A DNA stretch of 64,000 nt from Myxococcota bacterium (GTDB lineage: Bacteria > Myxococcota > JACRCW01): positions 7,779 to 71,778 of the forward strand of contig JBFMGU010000006.1 of the NCBI GenBank assembly GCA_040752415.1, written 5' to 3'. Each line of letters begins with the position of its first letter. Position 1 is the stretch's first letter. The notes under the pieces were generated by a model. It was given only the letters and a program-made list of their open reading frames with translations, was not told where the DNA came from and did not search any database. Both the position numbers and the translations under genes were made by a program. Shown piece after piece: positions 17,766-26,551 of the stretch.

Positions 17766-18113
17766 ATGGTTTGGATTCGCTGGGTGGTGATTGCCGCGGT
17801 GGTTCTGGTGGCGTGGACGTTGTACGCGCAGCTGAGCAGCAAGCAGTCGGCGGAGGCGCACCGCCTGGTCAGCCAGGGCGCGGTGCTGCTGGACGTGCGC
17901 ACCAGGGAGGAATTCACCGCGGGCCACCTGCCGGGCGCCATCAACATCCCCGTGCAGGACCTCACGCAGCGCATGGCGGAGGTTGGCCCCGACAAGAAGA
18001 AGCCGGTGGTGGTCTATTGTCGCAGCGGCAATCGCAGCGCGCGGGCGAAGCGCATGTTGACGGAGGCGGGCTACCAGCAGGTCTTTGACCTCGGGGCGAT
18101 GTCCAACTGGTAG
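17766..18113 (+). CDS. single-domain rhodanese (sulfurtransferase, GlpE-like) with an N-terminal TM helix
   Basis: 115 aa. It has LLDVRTREEF.AGHLPGAINIP and the catalytic CRSGNRS loop. Confidence 0.85.
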   Translation: MVWIRWVVIAAVVLVAWTLYAQLSSKQSAEAHRLVSQGAVLLDVRTREEFTAGHLPGAINIPVQDLTQRMAEVGPDKKKPVVVYCRSGNRSARAKRMLTEAGYQQVFDLGAMSNW

Positions 18114-18210
18114 CGCCCATCATCAACCAATCCTTTACAGACACATCAAGAAAATACCGATTCTCTTGGCGCCGGCGCGTTGCTACCTCTGGGCCTGTAC
18201 GGAGGTTGCC

Positions 18211-19614
18211 ATGCTGCGACGTTGGTTCACGGTGTTCATGTTGACGACGGGTTGTGCCGCGGGAGAGCACGCGCTTCCGGCGGATTCCACGCCCGCCTCC
18301 ACGTCGGAACCGGGGCACGAGACCGGCTCCCACGTCAACCCGGTGCGCGCCACGCCGCCGACGGACCCGGGGTGCCAGGGTCAGTTCCTGGTCTCGCTGG
18401 AGGGACCCACGCTGACGCGGCTGGAGGCGGACGGCTCCACGCGCGCGTTGTTCACGCTGGGCCAGGCGGTGGGGCTCGGCGACAATGACGTCGTGGTGAA
18501 CCAGTGGGAGATGCGCGGGAGCTTTGTGGCGCTGGTGGGTTTCCTGTACGCCCCGCCCGCGCCGCACCGCTACGAGTACGTGGTGCTGGACCTGGACGGG
18601 AACGTGCGGTTCCACCGCATCCAGGAGGAACCGTACAACCCGCAGGTGTACCTGGCGTCGGATGGCTCGTTGGCGGTGACGGGCGGCCAGGGCTTCGTGG
18701 TTCGCGCGGATGGCGGCGTCACGGAGCTGGGCGTGTTCCGTCCCGTCGTGGCGGCGCAGGGTGGATACGTGCTGGTGGCCAACGGAGAGCCGTGGCGTCA
18801 GGGCGCAGGCTACGGCTGGATGCACCTCGACACCCTCACGTTCTCCCCGCTCACCACGTCACCGTTCGAGTACGCCAACTTCGCACGGGTGGGTGGTCGC
18901 GTGGTCTATCCCGTCAGCCATGGCCTGGCGCTGGCCACCCCGTCGTCGACCGAGGTCATCACGGTGGGACCGGAGACCTATCTCGCCGTGGCCGCCACCA
19001 CCCCCGACGAGCGCTTTGCCCTGGTGGCCTCCACGAACGACGGTCGGCTCTTCCGCCTCGACGTCAACGCGGCGCGCCTGGACGCGGTGAGCAGCGGCGG
19101 GGCGGTGGGACAGATCTGGGGCCACTGGAACGCGACGCTGGCGCCCGACGGCGCGGTGCTGACAATGGCGAAGTTGGAGGATGGGCGGCTGCAGCAGCGT
19201 CGGACGGCGGACCTGGGCACCACCTGGGTCGACGTGGGCGAGCCGATGACGCCGGGCCCGGACTTTGGCCTGGGCAGCCACCTGGTGGCGCTGGCGCGCG
19301 GGGAGCGGGTGCTCATCCTGAACCTGTCCACCGGCTACGGCGACTTCCTCGACGAGGTGCAGCTGGTCTCCCCCTCGGCACCGAGCCAGCGCGTGACGGT
19401 GGGCGGGCTGTACATCAACGCGGACATCCACCCCGGCGCCGCGGACCTCTCCCCCGACGGCACGTGCGCGGCAACGTGGGTGCAGCGTGAGGGCACGGTG
19501 TTCGAGGAGGACGCGCTGTTCGAGCTGCACCTGGTGGACCCCACCAGCGGCACCTCGCGCGTGGTGCAGACGTCGTCACGCGTCTCGCAGCTGCGCTTCG
19601 GGATGGGGAGCTGA
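18211..19614 (+). CDS. lipoprotein of unknown function
   Basis: ATG at 18211, preceded by GGAGG, gives MLRRWFTVFMLTTGCAAGE, a lipobox. 467 aa with no recognisable motif. The table ORF starts upstream at 18085 with no signal peptide. Confidence 0.7.
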   Translation: MLRRWFTVFMLTTGCAAGEHALPADSTPASTSEPGHETGSHVNPVRATPPTDPGCQGQFLVSLEGPTLTRLEADGSTRALFTLGQAVGLGDNDVVVNQWEMRGSFVALVGFLYAPPAPHRYEYVVLDLDGNVRFHRIQEEPYNPQVYLASDGSLAVTGGQGFVVRADGGVTELGVFRPVVAAQGGYVLVANGEPWRQGAGYGWMHLDTLTFSPLTTSPFEYANFARVGGRVVYPVSHGLALATPSSTEVITVGPETYLAVAATTPDERFALVASTNDGRLFRLDVNAARLDAVSSGGAVGQIWGHWNATLAPDGAVLTMAKLEDGRLQQRRTADLGTTWVDVGEPMTPGPDFGLGSHLVALARGERVLILNLSTGYGDFLDEVQLVSPSAPSQRVTVGGLYINADIHPGAADLSPDGTCAATWVQREGTVFEEDALFELHLVDPTSGTSRVVQTSSRVSQLRFGMGS

Positions 19615-19718
19615 TTCCCGCGGGCGGAGGCCTGCAGCGCGTTGGGCCGCGGCGTTTTCCTTGCGTCGCTGATGCCTGCGTCTATGCTCGTGCTCCCCGT
19701 TGCCTGTTGGTGGAGCCC

Positions 19719-20474
19719 ATGCGCGTCCCTTCCCTGCTCTCTTCCTCCAGCATCATCCTCCTCCTCACCACGCTGGCGTGCAGCGGCGGAAGCAGCTCCA
19801 CGTCGTCGACGAGCTCCTCCACCGGCGGCACCAGCACCTCGTCCTCCTCTTCCAGCTCGTCGGGCAGCAGCTCCAGCTCGTCGTCGGGCGGGACGGTGGC
19901 GGAGAACGAAAGCTGCGTGAGCGACGAGGGCGAGGAGCTGGAGTGCGAGGACGGCCTCATCTGCGTCACCGTCTCCGACGAGAACGACACCCTCCTCTAC
20001 GGCGCGTGCAAGACCCCGTGTGAGAGCGACGCCGACTGCGGCAGCCGCACCTGCGCGCTGGGCTTCCTCTCCGACGGCAGTGGCGTGTGCGGCAACCTGC
20101 ACGGCCCGGGCGAGACCGGCTGTGAGTTCTGGGAGGAGGGCGACGACTTCTGCTTCAACCCCGACTTCACCGAGGGTCCGGACACCGCGTACATCGAGTG
20201 TCTCAACGGGACATGCGGCTACGTGTGCAACGCGGAAGGCGCCACGGACCCGGCCCTCACCTGCCCGACGGGACAGACCTGCGGCACCACCTTCCAGAGC
20301 TACGACGGATATGAGTCCGCGCTCGCGGTGTGTGAGACGGGCGGCGCCAGCTCGTCGTCGTCTTCCTCCTCCTCGAGCTCCTCCTCCAGCTCGACGGGCG
20401 GAGCGGGCACCTCCAGCACCTCCAGCAGCGGCGGCACTTCCAGCAGCACCGCGTCCTCCACCGGCGGACCGTAG
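19719..20474 (+). CDS. lipoprotein with a Ser/Thr linker and a Cys/acidic-rich domain
   Basis: MRVPSLLSSSSIILLLTTLACSGG, a lipobox, is followed by a poly-S/T linker, an acidic Cys-rich core (~18 Cys) and a second poly-Ser tail. The 643-aa antisense ORF 19335..21266 was rejected. Confidence 0.7.
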   Translation: MRVPSLLSSSSIILLLTTLACSGGSSSTSSTSSSTGGTSTSSSSSSSSGSSSSSSSGGTVAENESCVSDEGEELECEDGLICVTVSDENDTLLYGACKTPCESDADCGSRTCALGFLSDGSGVCGNLHGPGETGCEFWEEGDDFCFNPDFTEGPDTAYIECLNGTCGYVCNAEGATDPALTCPTGQTCGTTFQSYDGYESALAVCETGGASSSSSSSSSSSSSSSTGGAGTSSTSSSGGTSSSTASSTGGP

Positions 20475-20489
20475 TCGCGGGTCCCGCCG

Positions 20490-21233
20490 GTGCAGGTCTA
20501 CGACGAGATCGGCTCGGGCTACGCGCCCGTCCGGCGTGCCGACCCGCGCATCCGCCAGGCCATCACCGACGGGCTGGGAACCGCTTCCCGGGTGGTGAAC
20601 GTGGGGGCCGGCCCTGGCTCCTACGAGCCGCGGGACCGACGCGTCGTTGCCGTGGAACCCTCGTGGGACATGATCCGCCAGCGTCCCGCGCATGCGTCTC
20701 CGTGCATCCGCGCCGCCGCCGAAGCGCTCCCCTTCCCCGACGACACCTTCGACGCCGCGCTCGCGGTGCTGACCATCCACCACTGGTCCAACCTGCGGCA
20801 CGGGCTGCGCGAGATGCGTCGCGTGGCGCCCCGGCGGGTGGTGCTCTTCACGTGGGACCCCGCGTACGCAAACGCCATCTGGATGAACACGCACTACCTG
20901 CCGGAGGCCGCGGCGCTGGACGTGCGTCGTTTTCCGACGATGGAGGCCATCACCCACGCATTGCCCGGCGCACGCGTGGACGTGGTTCCCATTCCGCATG
21001 ACTGCACCGACGGCTTCTACGGCGCGTATTGGCGGAGACCGGAGGCGTACCTGCAACCGGAAGTCCGCGCGGGCATCTCGGTGCTGCGGATGCTGCCGAA
21101 TGACGTCGTGGCGGCGGGACTCAAGCGGCTTGCGGATGACCTGCGTTCCGGGGCGTGGCACGCGCGCCTGGGGGCGCTCCTGCAGCGGGAGACGTTGGAT
21201 CTGGGTTATCGCCTGGTCGTCGTCGGGCAGTGA
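20490..21233 (+). CDS. class I SAM-dependent methyltransferase
   Basis: Motif I-like VVNVGAGPGSY is present. Further motifs PFPDDTFDAAL...LTIHHW are consistent with the Methyltransf_11/25 type. The start is a GTG. Confidence 0.8.
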   Translation: MQVYDEIGSGYAPVRRADPRIRQAITDGLGTASRVVNVGAGPGSYEPRDRRVVAVEPSWDMIRQRPAHASPCIRAAAEALPFPDDTFDAALAVLTIHHWSNLRHGLREMRRVAPRRVVLFTWDPAYANAIWMNTHYLPEAAALDVRRFPTMEAITHALPGARVDVVPIPHDCTDGFYGAYWRRPEAYLQPEVRAGISVLRMLPNDVVAAGLKRLADDLRSGAWHARLGALLQRETLDLGYRLVVVGQ

Positions 21234-21344
21234 CGCATGCCGAGCGGGAACCGGGCACGCCGGCAAGTGTCCAAGGCGCGTGGTGGTGTGTCCCAGCCAG
21301 CGGGACTACGAAGTTACTTCACGTTTGCGCGCGGGAGGCGGTGG

Positions 21345-22448
21345 ATGCGGAATGGGTTGCGGTGGCAGGTCGCCGCCATGCTGGTGGTCGCGACGTCGTG
21401 TGGCTCAAGCAAGGACGCCCGGAGGGGAGGCTCCGACGAGAAATGGGTGGAGGTGAGCGAGATCATCCGCATGCTGGAGCAGTCGCCCGTCGCCTACCAG
21501 ATCGCCGACCTCGACAAGGTTCCGGACATCGACCCCAAGCGCCTCGCGGAAGCGCAGTGGCCGCAGCTCATCGAGCCGGTGTCATTCCCGAAGCTCGACG
21601 CCAACGGACAGGTGGTCCCCTATGAGATGGAGCGCGGCTGCCTGGACCTCTTGAGCGCGGCGGAGCCGCTGTTCGAGAAGAAGGACTACGCGGAGGCACG
21701 CAAGCACTACGAAGCGGCACGCGCGCAGTATCCCGGTTGCTACATGGCCACCGTCTACCTCGGCGACGCGACCCTCTTCGGCGGCGACCCGGTTGCGGCG
21801 GAGAAGCTCTACCTCGAGGTCATCGAGAAGAACCCGGTGGACTACCGGGGTCATTTCTTCCGCGCCTCGGCGCTGCTCGCGCAGGAGCGCGTCGACGAGG
21901 CCATCGAATCGTACTCCTGGGCCCTGACGCTGCGCCCACGTCACGAGTCCATCCTGACGGCGCTCCACAACAACGCCCGGCACATCGGCGCCACCGTCCA
22001 CGACCAGCCCTTCGCGCTGCGCGCGCTGGCACGGAAGGAGAAGGATGGCTTTGGCATCTTCTTCGACGCGGACAAGCCCTATTGGCTCTCCTACGCCGCA
22101 GTGAAGGCCGCGTGGATGGGCGAGCCGGAGGTGCGACGGCGGATGGGCGCGAATCCGGAGCGCTACGTGGGGTGGTCATCCGACGAGGAACGGCACGCGC
22201 TGCTCTCCCTGCTGGCCACCTACCTCTACATGCGCTCCGAGGGGAAAGTTGAGCGCGACGACGAGCTGGAGCGCCTGCACAACATCGGCCGCGCCAAGTT
22301 GCTGACCGGCTTCATCCTCTACGAGGTGGCCTCCCGCATGCACCCGCATCTCATCCTGACGCTGCCCAAGGCGGTGCAACAGCAGGTGCAGGACTACGTG
22401 AAGCGGTTCATCATGGGAGTCGGGCCACGCGAGATCATTCCCTCCTGA
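21345..22448 (+). CDS. TPR-repeat lipoprotein
   Basis: ATG 21345 gives MRNGLRWQVAAMLVVATSCGSSK, a lipobox. The TPR-like helices contain EKKDYAEARKHYEAA...YLGDA... and EAIESYSWAL. Confidence 0.75.
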   Translation: MRNGLRWQVAAMLVVATSCGSSKDARRGGSDEKWVEVSEIIRMLEQSPVAYQIADLDKVPDIDPKRLAEAQWPQLIEPVSFPKLDANGQVVPYEMERGCLDLLSAAEPLFEKKDYAEARKHYEAARAQYPGCYMATVYLGDATLFGGDPVAAEKLYLEVIEKNPVDYRGHFFRASALLAQERVDEAIESYSWALTLRPRHESILTALHNNARHIGATVHDQPFALRALARKEKDGFGIFFDADKPYWLSYAAVKAAWMGEPEVRRRMGANPERYVGWSSDEERHALLSLLATYLYMRSEGKVERDDELERLHNIGRAKLLTGFILYEVASRMHPHLILTLPKAVQQQVQDYVKRFIMGVGPREIIPS

Positions 22449-22942
22449 CGTCGGACTGTGTCGGTTTGTCCGTGTCAGCGAAGGCCGGCGAACAGGGGCT
22501 GCGTCAAGAGAAATTGCCCATCTGGTCCTGACCGCCTCCAGCGGACCACGACCTGGAGTGCGGCGGGCCCTCGCCGCCCTGGTCAGCGGTGAGCGGTTTG
22601 GACAACCGTCAAGGATCCAAGCGCCTCGCCCGACGTCATTCAGCCCCAGGGCTGTTAGGCCCGTTGTGAACGCGCTCGGCGCCGACCAGGGCGGCGCGGG
22701 CCCGCCGCACTCCAGGTCGTGGTCCGCTCACGACGTCTGCAACCCCACCGGGCCATTGCTCCAACACGGACGACGTCAACGCGCACCTCCCCCGGCTCAT
22801 TCCGCCGCGCGCAGGCGGCCGTCATGCGCCACGCGGAGCCAGATGCTCACACGTTTCCCGGCGTGAACGCGTGGTCACACCGTCGGGAAAACTTGTGCGG
22901 CGCGTCCCCGTCGATGTCTCCTGCGTGGGCAAGGAGTGATCC

Positions 22943-23455
22943 ATGTGGCTGGCCGTGGGCATGATCGGGATGGTGCTGGGCGCGCAGGTGGAGACGCCGC
23001 GTGACGACGCGCGGGCGCTGGTGTGGACCTTTGAGGTGCAGGACGGCGTGGACAGCGCGCTGGCGCCGTTGCTCACCGACGCGCTGGTGGTGGCGCTCCG
23101 TCGCAGCGGTGAGTTCTCCATGGTGCACAGCAGCGCGGACGTGCAGGACATCCTGCAGCGCACGCCGGCGGAGCGCCTGGGTCAATGCACCGCGTGCCTG
23201 GCCTCCGTGCAGCGACTGCTGGCGGTTTCCCACGTCGTGGTGGGGCGGATCACGCGGGTGGGCGGACAGCTGGCGGTGAGCGTGAAGCTGGTGGACACCG
23301 AGGGAGCGCGCGTGATGGCCAGCGTGCTGCAGTTGGTCCCGGACCCCAATGAAGCGGCGCTGCTGCGACTCATGGACGTGTTGGCTTCACGCCTGCTCAT
23401 GACGCTGGCGCAGCAGGACCTGCAGGACGCCGTGGCGGAAGCAACCGCGCCGTGA
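22943..23455 (+). CDS. secreted protein, paralog family A (LpoB/CsgG/TolB-N-like pattern)
   Basis: An AAGGAG site precedes the ATG. A signal peptide is followed by a ~120-aa domain with a V.TF.V.....S.LA.LLTDALV.AL..SG.F block, a C..C pair and a VVVG.I.R.G..L.V.VKLVD block. It is related to 24062..24934 and 56606..57460. Confidence 0.65.
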   Translation: MWLAVGMIGMVLGAQVETPRDDARALVWTFEVQDGVDSALAPLLTDALVVALRRSGEFSMVHSSADVQDILQRTPAERLGQCTACLASVQRLLAVSHVVVGRITRVGGQLAVSVKLVDTEGARVMASVLQLVPDPNEAALLRLMDVLASRLLMTLAQQDLQDAVAEATAP

Positions 23456-23459
23456 GGCG

Positions 23460-23984
23460 TCAGTCCCGTCGGGAACGGATCTCGTCCAGCACTGCGCTGA
23501 GCTGAGCCGCTCCGAGCAGTCGCTCCGCCGATGGGAAGATCACGTTCTCCTCCAGGACCAGATGCGCCTCCAGGTGTTGCGCCAGCGCGGCCGCGCCCTC
23601 CGCCAGCTCCGCGGCGAGCACATCCCATTCCCGCGGGTCATGGGCGAGGCGCTGCCAGCGCGGAAGCAAGGCGGCCAGCATGGCATCCTGCTCCGCGTGC
23701 TCCCGGCGCATGCGCTCCAGCGCGGCGGTGACGTCGTCTGGCGCGCCGGCGGCGAGGATGCGCGGGAGGAGCGACTCGTCCTCGTCGCGCGCGTGGGCGG
23801 GCAGGGAGCGGGAGAAGTAGCGGACCAGCTGTTGCGCCGCTTCCACGCGCTGTTCCGTTGGCGCATCCCGCGTGGTGGCGAGCCGCTGCGCCAGCGCGGT
23901 GTGGTGACGGATGCGGACGTGGCACGCGAGCAGGCTGGCCACGGGCCCCTCGTTTCCTCGCGGTGCGCCAATGCGGACGAGCAT
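23460..23984 (-). CDS. hemerythrin HHE cation-binding domain protein
   Basis: Starting at ATG 23984 gives MLVRIGAPRG.... Repeated H...E and H....E spacing (HHTALAQ, HAEQDAML, HLEAHLVLEE) is typical of the hemerythrin-like domain. The table ORF's upstream 82 codons are Arg/Pro-rich and implausible. Confidence 0.7.
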   Translation of the reverse strand: MLVRIGAPRGNEGPVASLLACHVRIRHHTALAQRLATTRDAPTEQRVEAAQQLVRYFSRSLPAHARDEDESLLPRILAAGAPDDVTAALERMRREHAEQDAMLAALLPRWQRLAHDPREWDVLAAELAEGAAALAQHLEAHLVLEENVIFPSAERLLGAAQLSAVLDEIRSRRD

Positions 23985-24061
23985 GTGGGGATGAAGCGGT
24001 GCGGCGCCGGCCCTGTCAAGCGTGACCGCCCCTTGAGCACTCCCCCCTCCACCACGAGAAT

Positions 24062-24934
24062 GTGCACGTGCCGTCACGCCTCGCCATCCTGCTGACGCTC
24101 CTGCTCGCGGCTTCCCCCGCCGCCGGATCGACGACGTCAGCGCGCAGCATCGGCGTGCTGGCCCTGCAGGTGCATCCCGGCATTGCCAGCGCGGAGGTGC
24201 AGGCCGCCAGCGCCGCACTGGTGACGACACTGCAGGGAAGCACCGCCATCTCCCGCGTGCTCTCCCCGTCGGAGATCGAGGTGGTGGTCCGTCCGGAGGT
24301 CCAGGTCGACCTGCAGCAGTGCACCGACCCCGCGTGCATCCTTGCCGTGGCGGGCGGGCTGGGCGGTGACTTCGCGTTGCTGGGGCTGGACCTGCTGATG
24401 ATGGGGGACATGAAACGCGCGCTCAATGACGTCGTCGTCGAGGTGCGCGTGGTGGACCTGCGCACCGGTCAGACCGTGGGGGGAGGACATGGGCAGTCGG
24501 AGTCCGCGGCGTCGGCGGCCACCCTGAGCGCCAACATGGTGCTGGGTGCGCTGGGCGACGCGCGCGAGGTGTCCGCGGCCCCCACCCCCGCGCCCACGAC
24601 GAGCAACACCGCGCCACCGCCTGCCTCTTCGTCGGAGACCGGGGTTTCCCCGCTAACGGTTGCGGGAGGCTCGCTGCTGGCGGTGGGGGTGTTGGCGCTG
24701 GTGGCGAGCCTTCCCGCGGCGGCCGGAGCCATCTCCGCGGTGGTGGCACTCTCCCGCGGCGCGGTGGTGGGCGCCCTTCCCACGCCAATGCTGACGCGCA
24801 CCTCGCGCTACGTGGCGCTGCGCGTTCCTCCCGTGATGCTGGCAATCACCGGCGGCGTGCTCGCGCTGCTCGGTGTCGTCGGAGTCTCGCTGGGCATGGC
24901 GCTCCTGGGCGGCGCGTTGGCCACCGACGGGTAG
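24062..24934 (+). CDS. secreted protein, paralog family A, with a C-terminal Gly/Ala/Val-rich polytopic membrane anchor
   Basis: GTG start. Signal peptide MHVPSRLAILLTLLLAASPAAGS. The same domain pattern as 22943..23455 is present (IGVLALQV...C.DP.C..AVAGGLG...LLG). It is followed by a Thr/Pro linker and ~3 hydrophobic segments. Confidence 0.65.
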   Translation: MHVPSRLAILLTLLLAASPAAGSTTSARSIGVLALQVHPGIASAEVQAASAALVTTLQGSTAISRVLSPSEIEVVVRPEVQVDLQQCTDPACILAVAGGLGGDFALLGLDLLMMGDMKRALNDVVVEVRVVDLRTGQTVGGGHGQSESAASAATLSANMVLGALGDAREVSAAPTPAPTTSNTAPPPASSSETGVSPLTVAGGSLLAVGVLALVASLPAAAGAISAVVALSRGAVVGALPTPMLTRTSRYVALRVPPVMLAITGGVLALLGVVGVSLGMALLGGALATDG

Positions 24935-24962
24935 GACGAGCAAGCGGGATCCAGGGTTGACC

Positions 24963-24984
24963 CCTTACTGATTAGTAAGTAAGG
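24963..24984. promoter_or_regulatory. candidate TetR operator O1 (8-6-8 inverted repeat CCTTACTG-attagt-AAGTAAGG)
   Basis: It is a perfect inverted repeat apart from 1 mismatch. It is extremely AT-rich for this genome. It ends 8 bp before the tetR ATG (24993). Confidence 0.55.
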
Positions 24985-24992
24985 TGCTGGCC

Positions 24993-25559
24993 ATGTCCGC
25001 CAAGCCCGACACGCGCGAGGAGATCCTGAAGACCGCCAGCAACATGCTGCAGCTGCGCGGCTTCAACGGCTTCAGCTACGGGCACATTGCCGAGGTGCTG
25101 GGCGTGAAGGCGGCCGCGGTCCACTACCACTTCCCCTCCAAGACGGACCTGGGGCTGGCGCTGATTGCCCGCTACCGCGAGCGCTACGGCCGGTGGATGA
25201 AGGACGCGCAGGGGCTCTCCGCGCGGGAGCGCCTGGAGGGCTACATCACCATCTACTCACGCTTCCTGCAGGAGGGCGCCAAGGCGTGCCCGGCGGGCGT
25301 GCTGCAGGCGGAATACCAGGCCATCCCCGAGGAGATGCAGCGCGAGACCCGGCGCATGGTGCAGGAGATCCACCGCTGGCTCACCGACGTCCTGGAGGAT
25401 GGACGCCGCAAGAGCGAGTTCGCGTTCAACGGGGACGGTTCCGACAAGGCCACGGTGGTGATGGCCACGTTGCAGGGGGCGCTGCAGGGGGCGCGCGCGC
25501 TGGGCAAGGAGTGCTTCCAGGCCGCGGTGCGACAGCTCAAGAAGGACCTGGGGGTGTGA
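24993..25559 (+). CDS. TetR/AcrR family transcriptional regulator
   Basis: The N-terminal HTH is REEILKTASNMLQLRGFNGFSYGHIAEVLGVKAAAVHYHFPSKTDL. A T8 tract lies directly after the stop. Confidence 0.9.
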   Translation: MSAKPDTREEILKTASNMLQLRGFNGFSYGHIAEVLGVKAAAVHYHFPSKTDLGLALIARYRERYGRWMKDAQGLSARERLEGYITIYSRFLQEGAKACPAGVLQAEYQAIPEEMQRETRRMVQEIHRWLTDVLEDGRRKSEFAFNGDGSDKATVVMATLQGALQGARALGKECFQAAVRQLKKDLGV

Positions 25560-25581
25560 CTCCCTTTTTTTTGGCCCGCGT

Positions 25582-25603
25582 CCTTACTTATCAGAAAGTA
25601 AGG
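25582..25603. promoter_or_regulatory. candidate TetR operator O2 (CCTTACTT-atcaga-AAGTAAGG)
   Basis: Same half-sites and 6-bp spacer as O1. It lies immediately upstream of the hydrolase gene start (ATG 25604 or 25622). Confidence 0.55.
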
Positions 25604-25621
25604 ATGCCCGAGGAGGACGCC

Positions 25622-26551
25622 ATGTTGGAGACGCAACGGGGGGCGACGACGGGCAAGCGCAGCACACCGGTGGTGAACCCGCTGGCCATGCGCGTGGCGC
25701 AGGCGGCGTTTGGCGGTCTGGGGGAGCTGGCCCCCGACGTCATGTCGCGGCTGGCCTACAAGCTCTACTTCACGCCCCGCCGCTTCCGACGTCCGGAGAC
25801 GGAGGCCGCCTACCTCCGCAAGGCCGAGCGTTTCTCGGTTTCCACGTCGGTGGGCGAGGTGGCGGCGTACGCGTGGACACCGCAAGGCGCGTATCCCTGG
25901 GACTCCCGCGCCACGGTGCGCAACGTGCTGCTGGTGCACGGCTGGGAAGGTCGCGGCACGCAGTTGGGCGCGTTCATCGAGCCGCTGCGCGCGCGCGGGT
26001 GTCGCGTGGTGGCCTTTGATGCGCCGGCGCACGGCCACTCCGAGGGGGAGCGCTCCAACGTGCTGCAGTTCGTGGAGGCGATCCACGCCGTCACGCGCAT
26101 GGTGGGCCCGCTCAGCGGCGTGGTGGCGCACTCCATGGGCGGGGCAAGCCTCACGCTGGCCATGGCGGAGGGACTGCCGGTGGACCGCGCGGTGCTGGTG
26201 GCCTCGCCCTGCTACCTGGACAACGTGATGCGCAACTTCGTGCGGATGCTGCATCTCACGCCGGAGACGGAGCGGCGGCTGCGGCGCATGGTGGAAGCGG
26301 ACTTTGGCGCGGATGTCTGGCAACGCCTCTCCGTCCCCAGCCTGGCGCACGCGCTGCAGACCCCCGCCCTCATCATCCACGACGAGGACGACGGCGAGGT
26401 TGCCTTCAGCGAGGGGCTGGCGGTGCACCAGAGCTGGTCGGGCAGCCGCCTGCATGTCACGCGTGGGCTGGGCCACCGTCGCGTGCTCAAGGACGGCCTG
26501 GTCATTGACGAGGTGGTGGGATTCCTCATGGGAGAGCGGGACGGGGCGTGA
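25622..26551 (+). CDS. alpha/beta hydrolase (probable TetR-controlled target)
   Basis: ATG 25622 is preceded by GAGGAGG. It has HGWEGRG, a nucleophile elbow HSMGG, and a C-terminal IIHDEDD...GH pair typical of the alpha/beta hydrolase fold. Confidence 0.85.
   Translation: MLETQRGATTGKRSTPVVNPLAMRVAQAAFGGLGELAPDVMSRLAYKLYFTPRRFRRPETEAAYLRKAERFSVSTSVGEVAAYAWTPQGAYPWDSRATVRNVLLVHGWEGRGTQLGAFIEPLRARGCRVVAFDAPAHGHSEGERSNVLQFVEAIHAVTRMVGPLSGVVAHSMGGASLTLAMAEGLPVDRAVLVASPCYLDNVMRNFVRMLHLTPETERRLRRMVEADFGADVWQRLSVPSLAHALQTPALIIHDEDDGEVAFSEGLAVHQSWSGSRLHVTRGLGHRRVLKDGLVIDEVVGFLMGERDGA

Noticed and set aside
16372-17790. Three additional >230-aa ORFs overlapping the Cys-repeat lipoprotein gene in other frames or on the other strand
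   Set aside because: Only the minus-strand frame 16415..17599 has a signal peptide, a lipobox and the regular Cys spacing. The others are repeat-driven artefacts.
18120-18210. Relatively AT-rich stretch upstream of lipoprotein gene 18211 as a promoter
   Set aside because: It is a plausible promoter region, but I could not identify convincing -35/-10 hexamers, so it is not listed as a feature.
19335-21266. 643-aa minus-strand ORF
   Set aside because: It spans two well-supported plus-strand genes (a lipoprotein and the SAM methyltransferase). The translation is Arg/Gly/Ala-rich with no features.
22450-22942. ~490-bp gap upstream of paralog A with several 80-100-aa ORFs
   Set aside because: There is no codon bias, RBS or motif. 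It is probably a promoter/UTR region. A small RNA cannot be judged from sequence alone.
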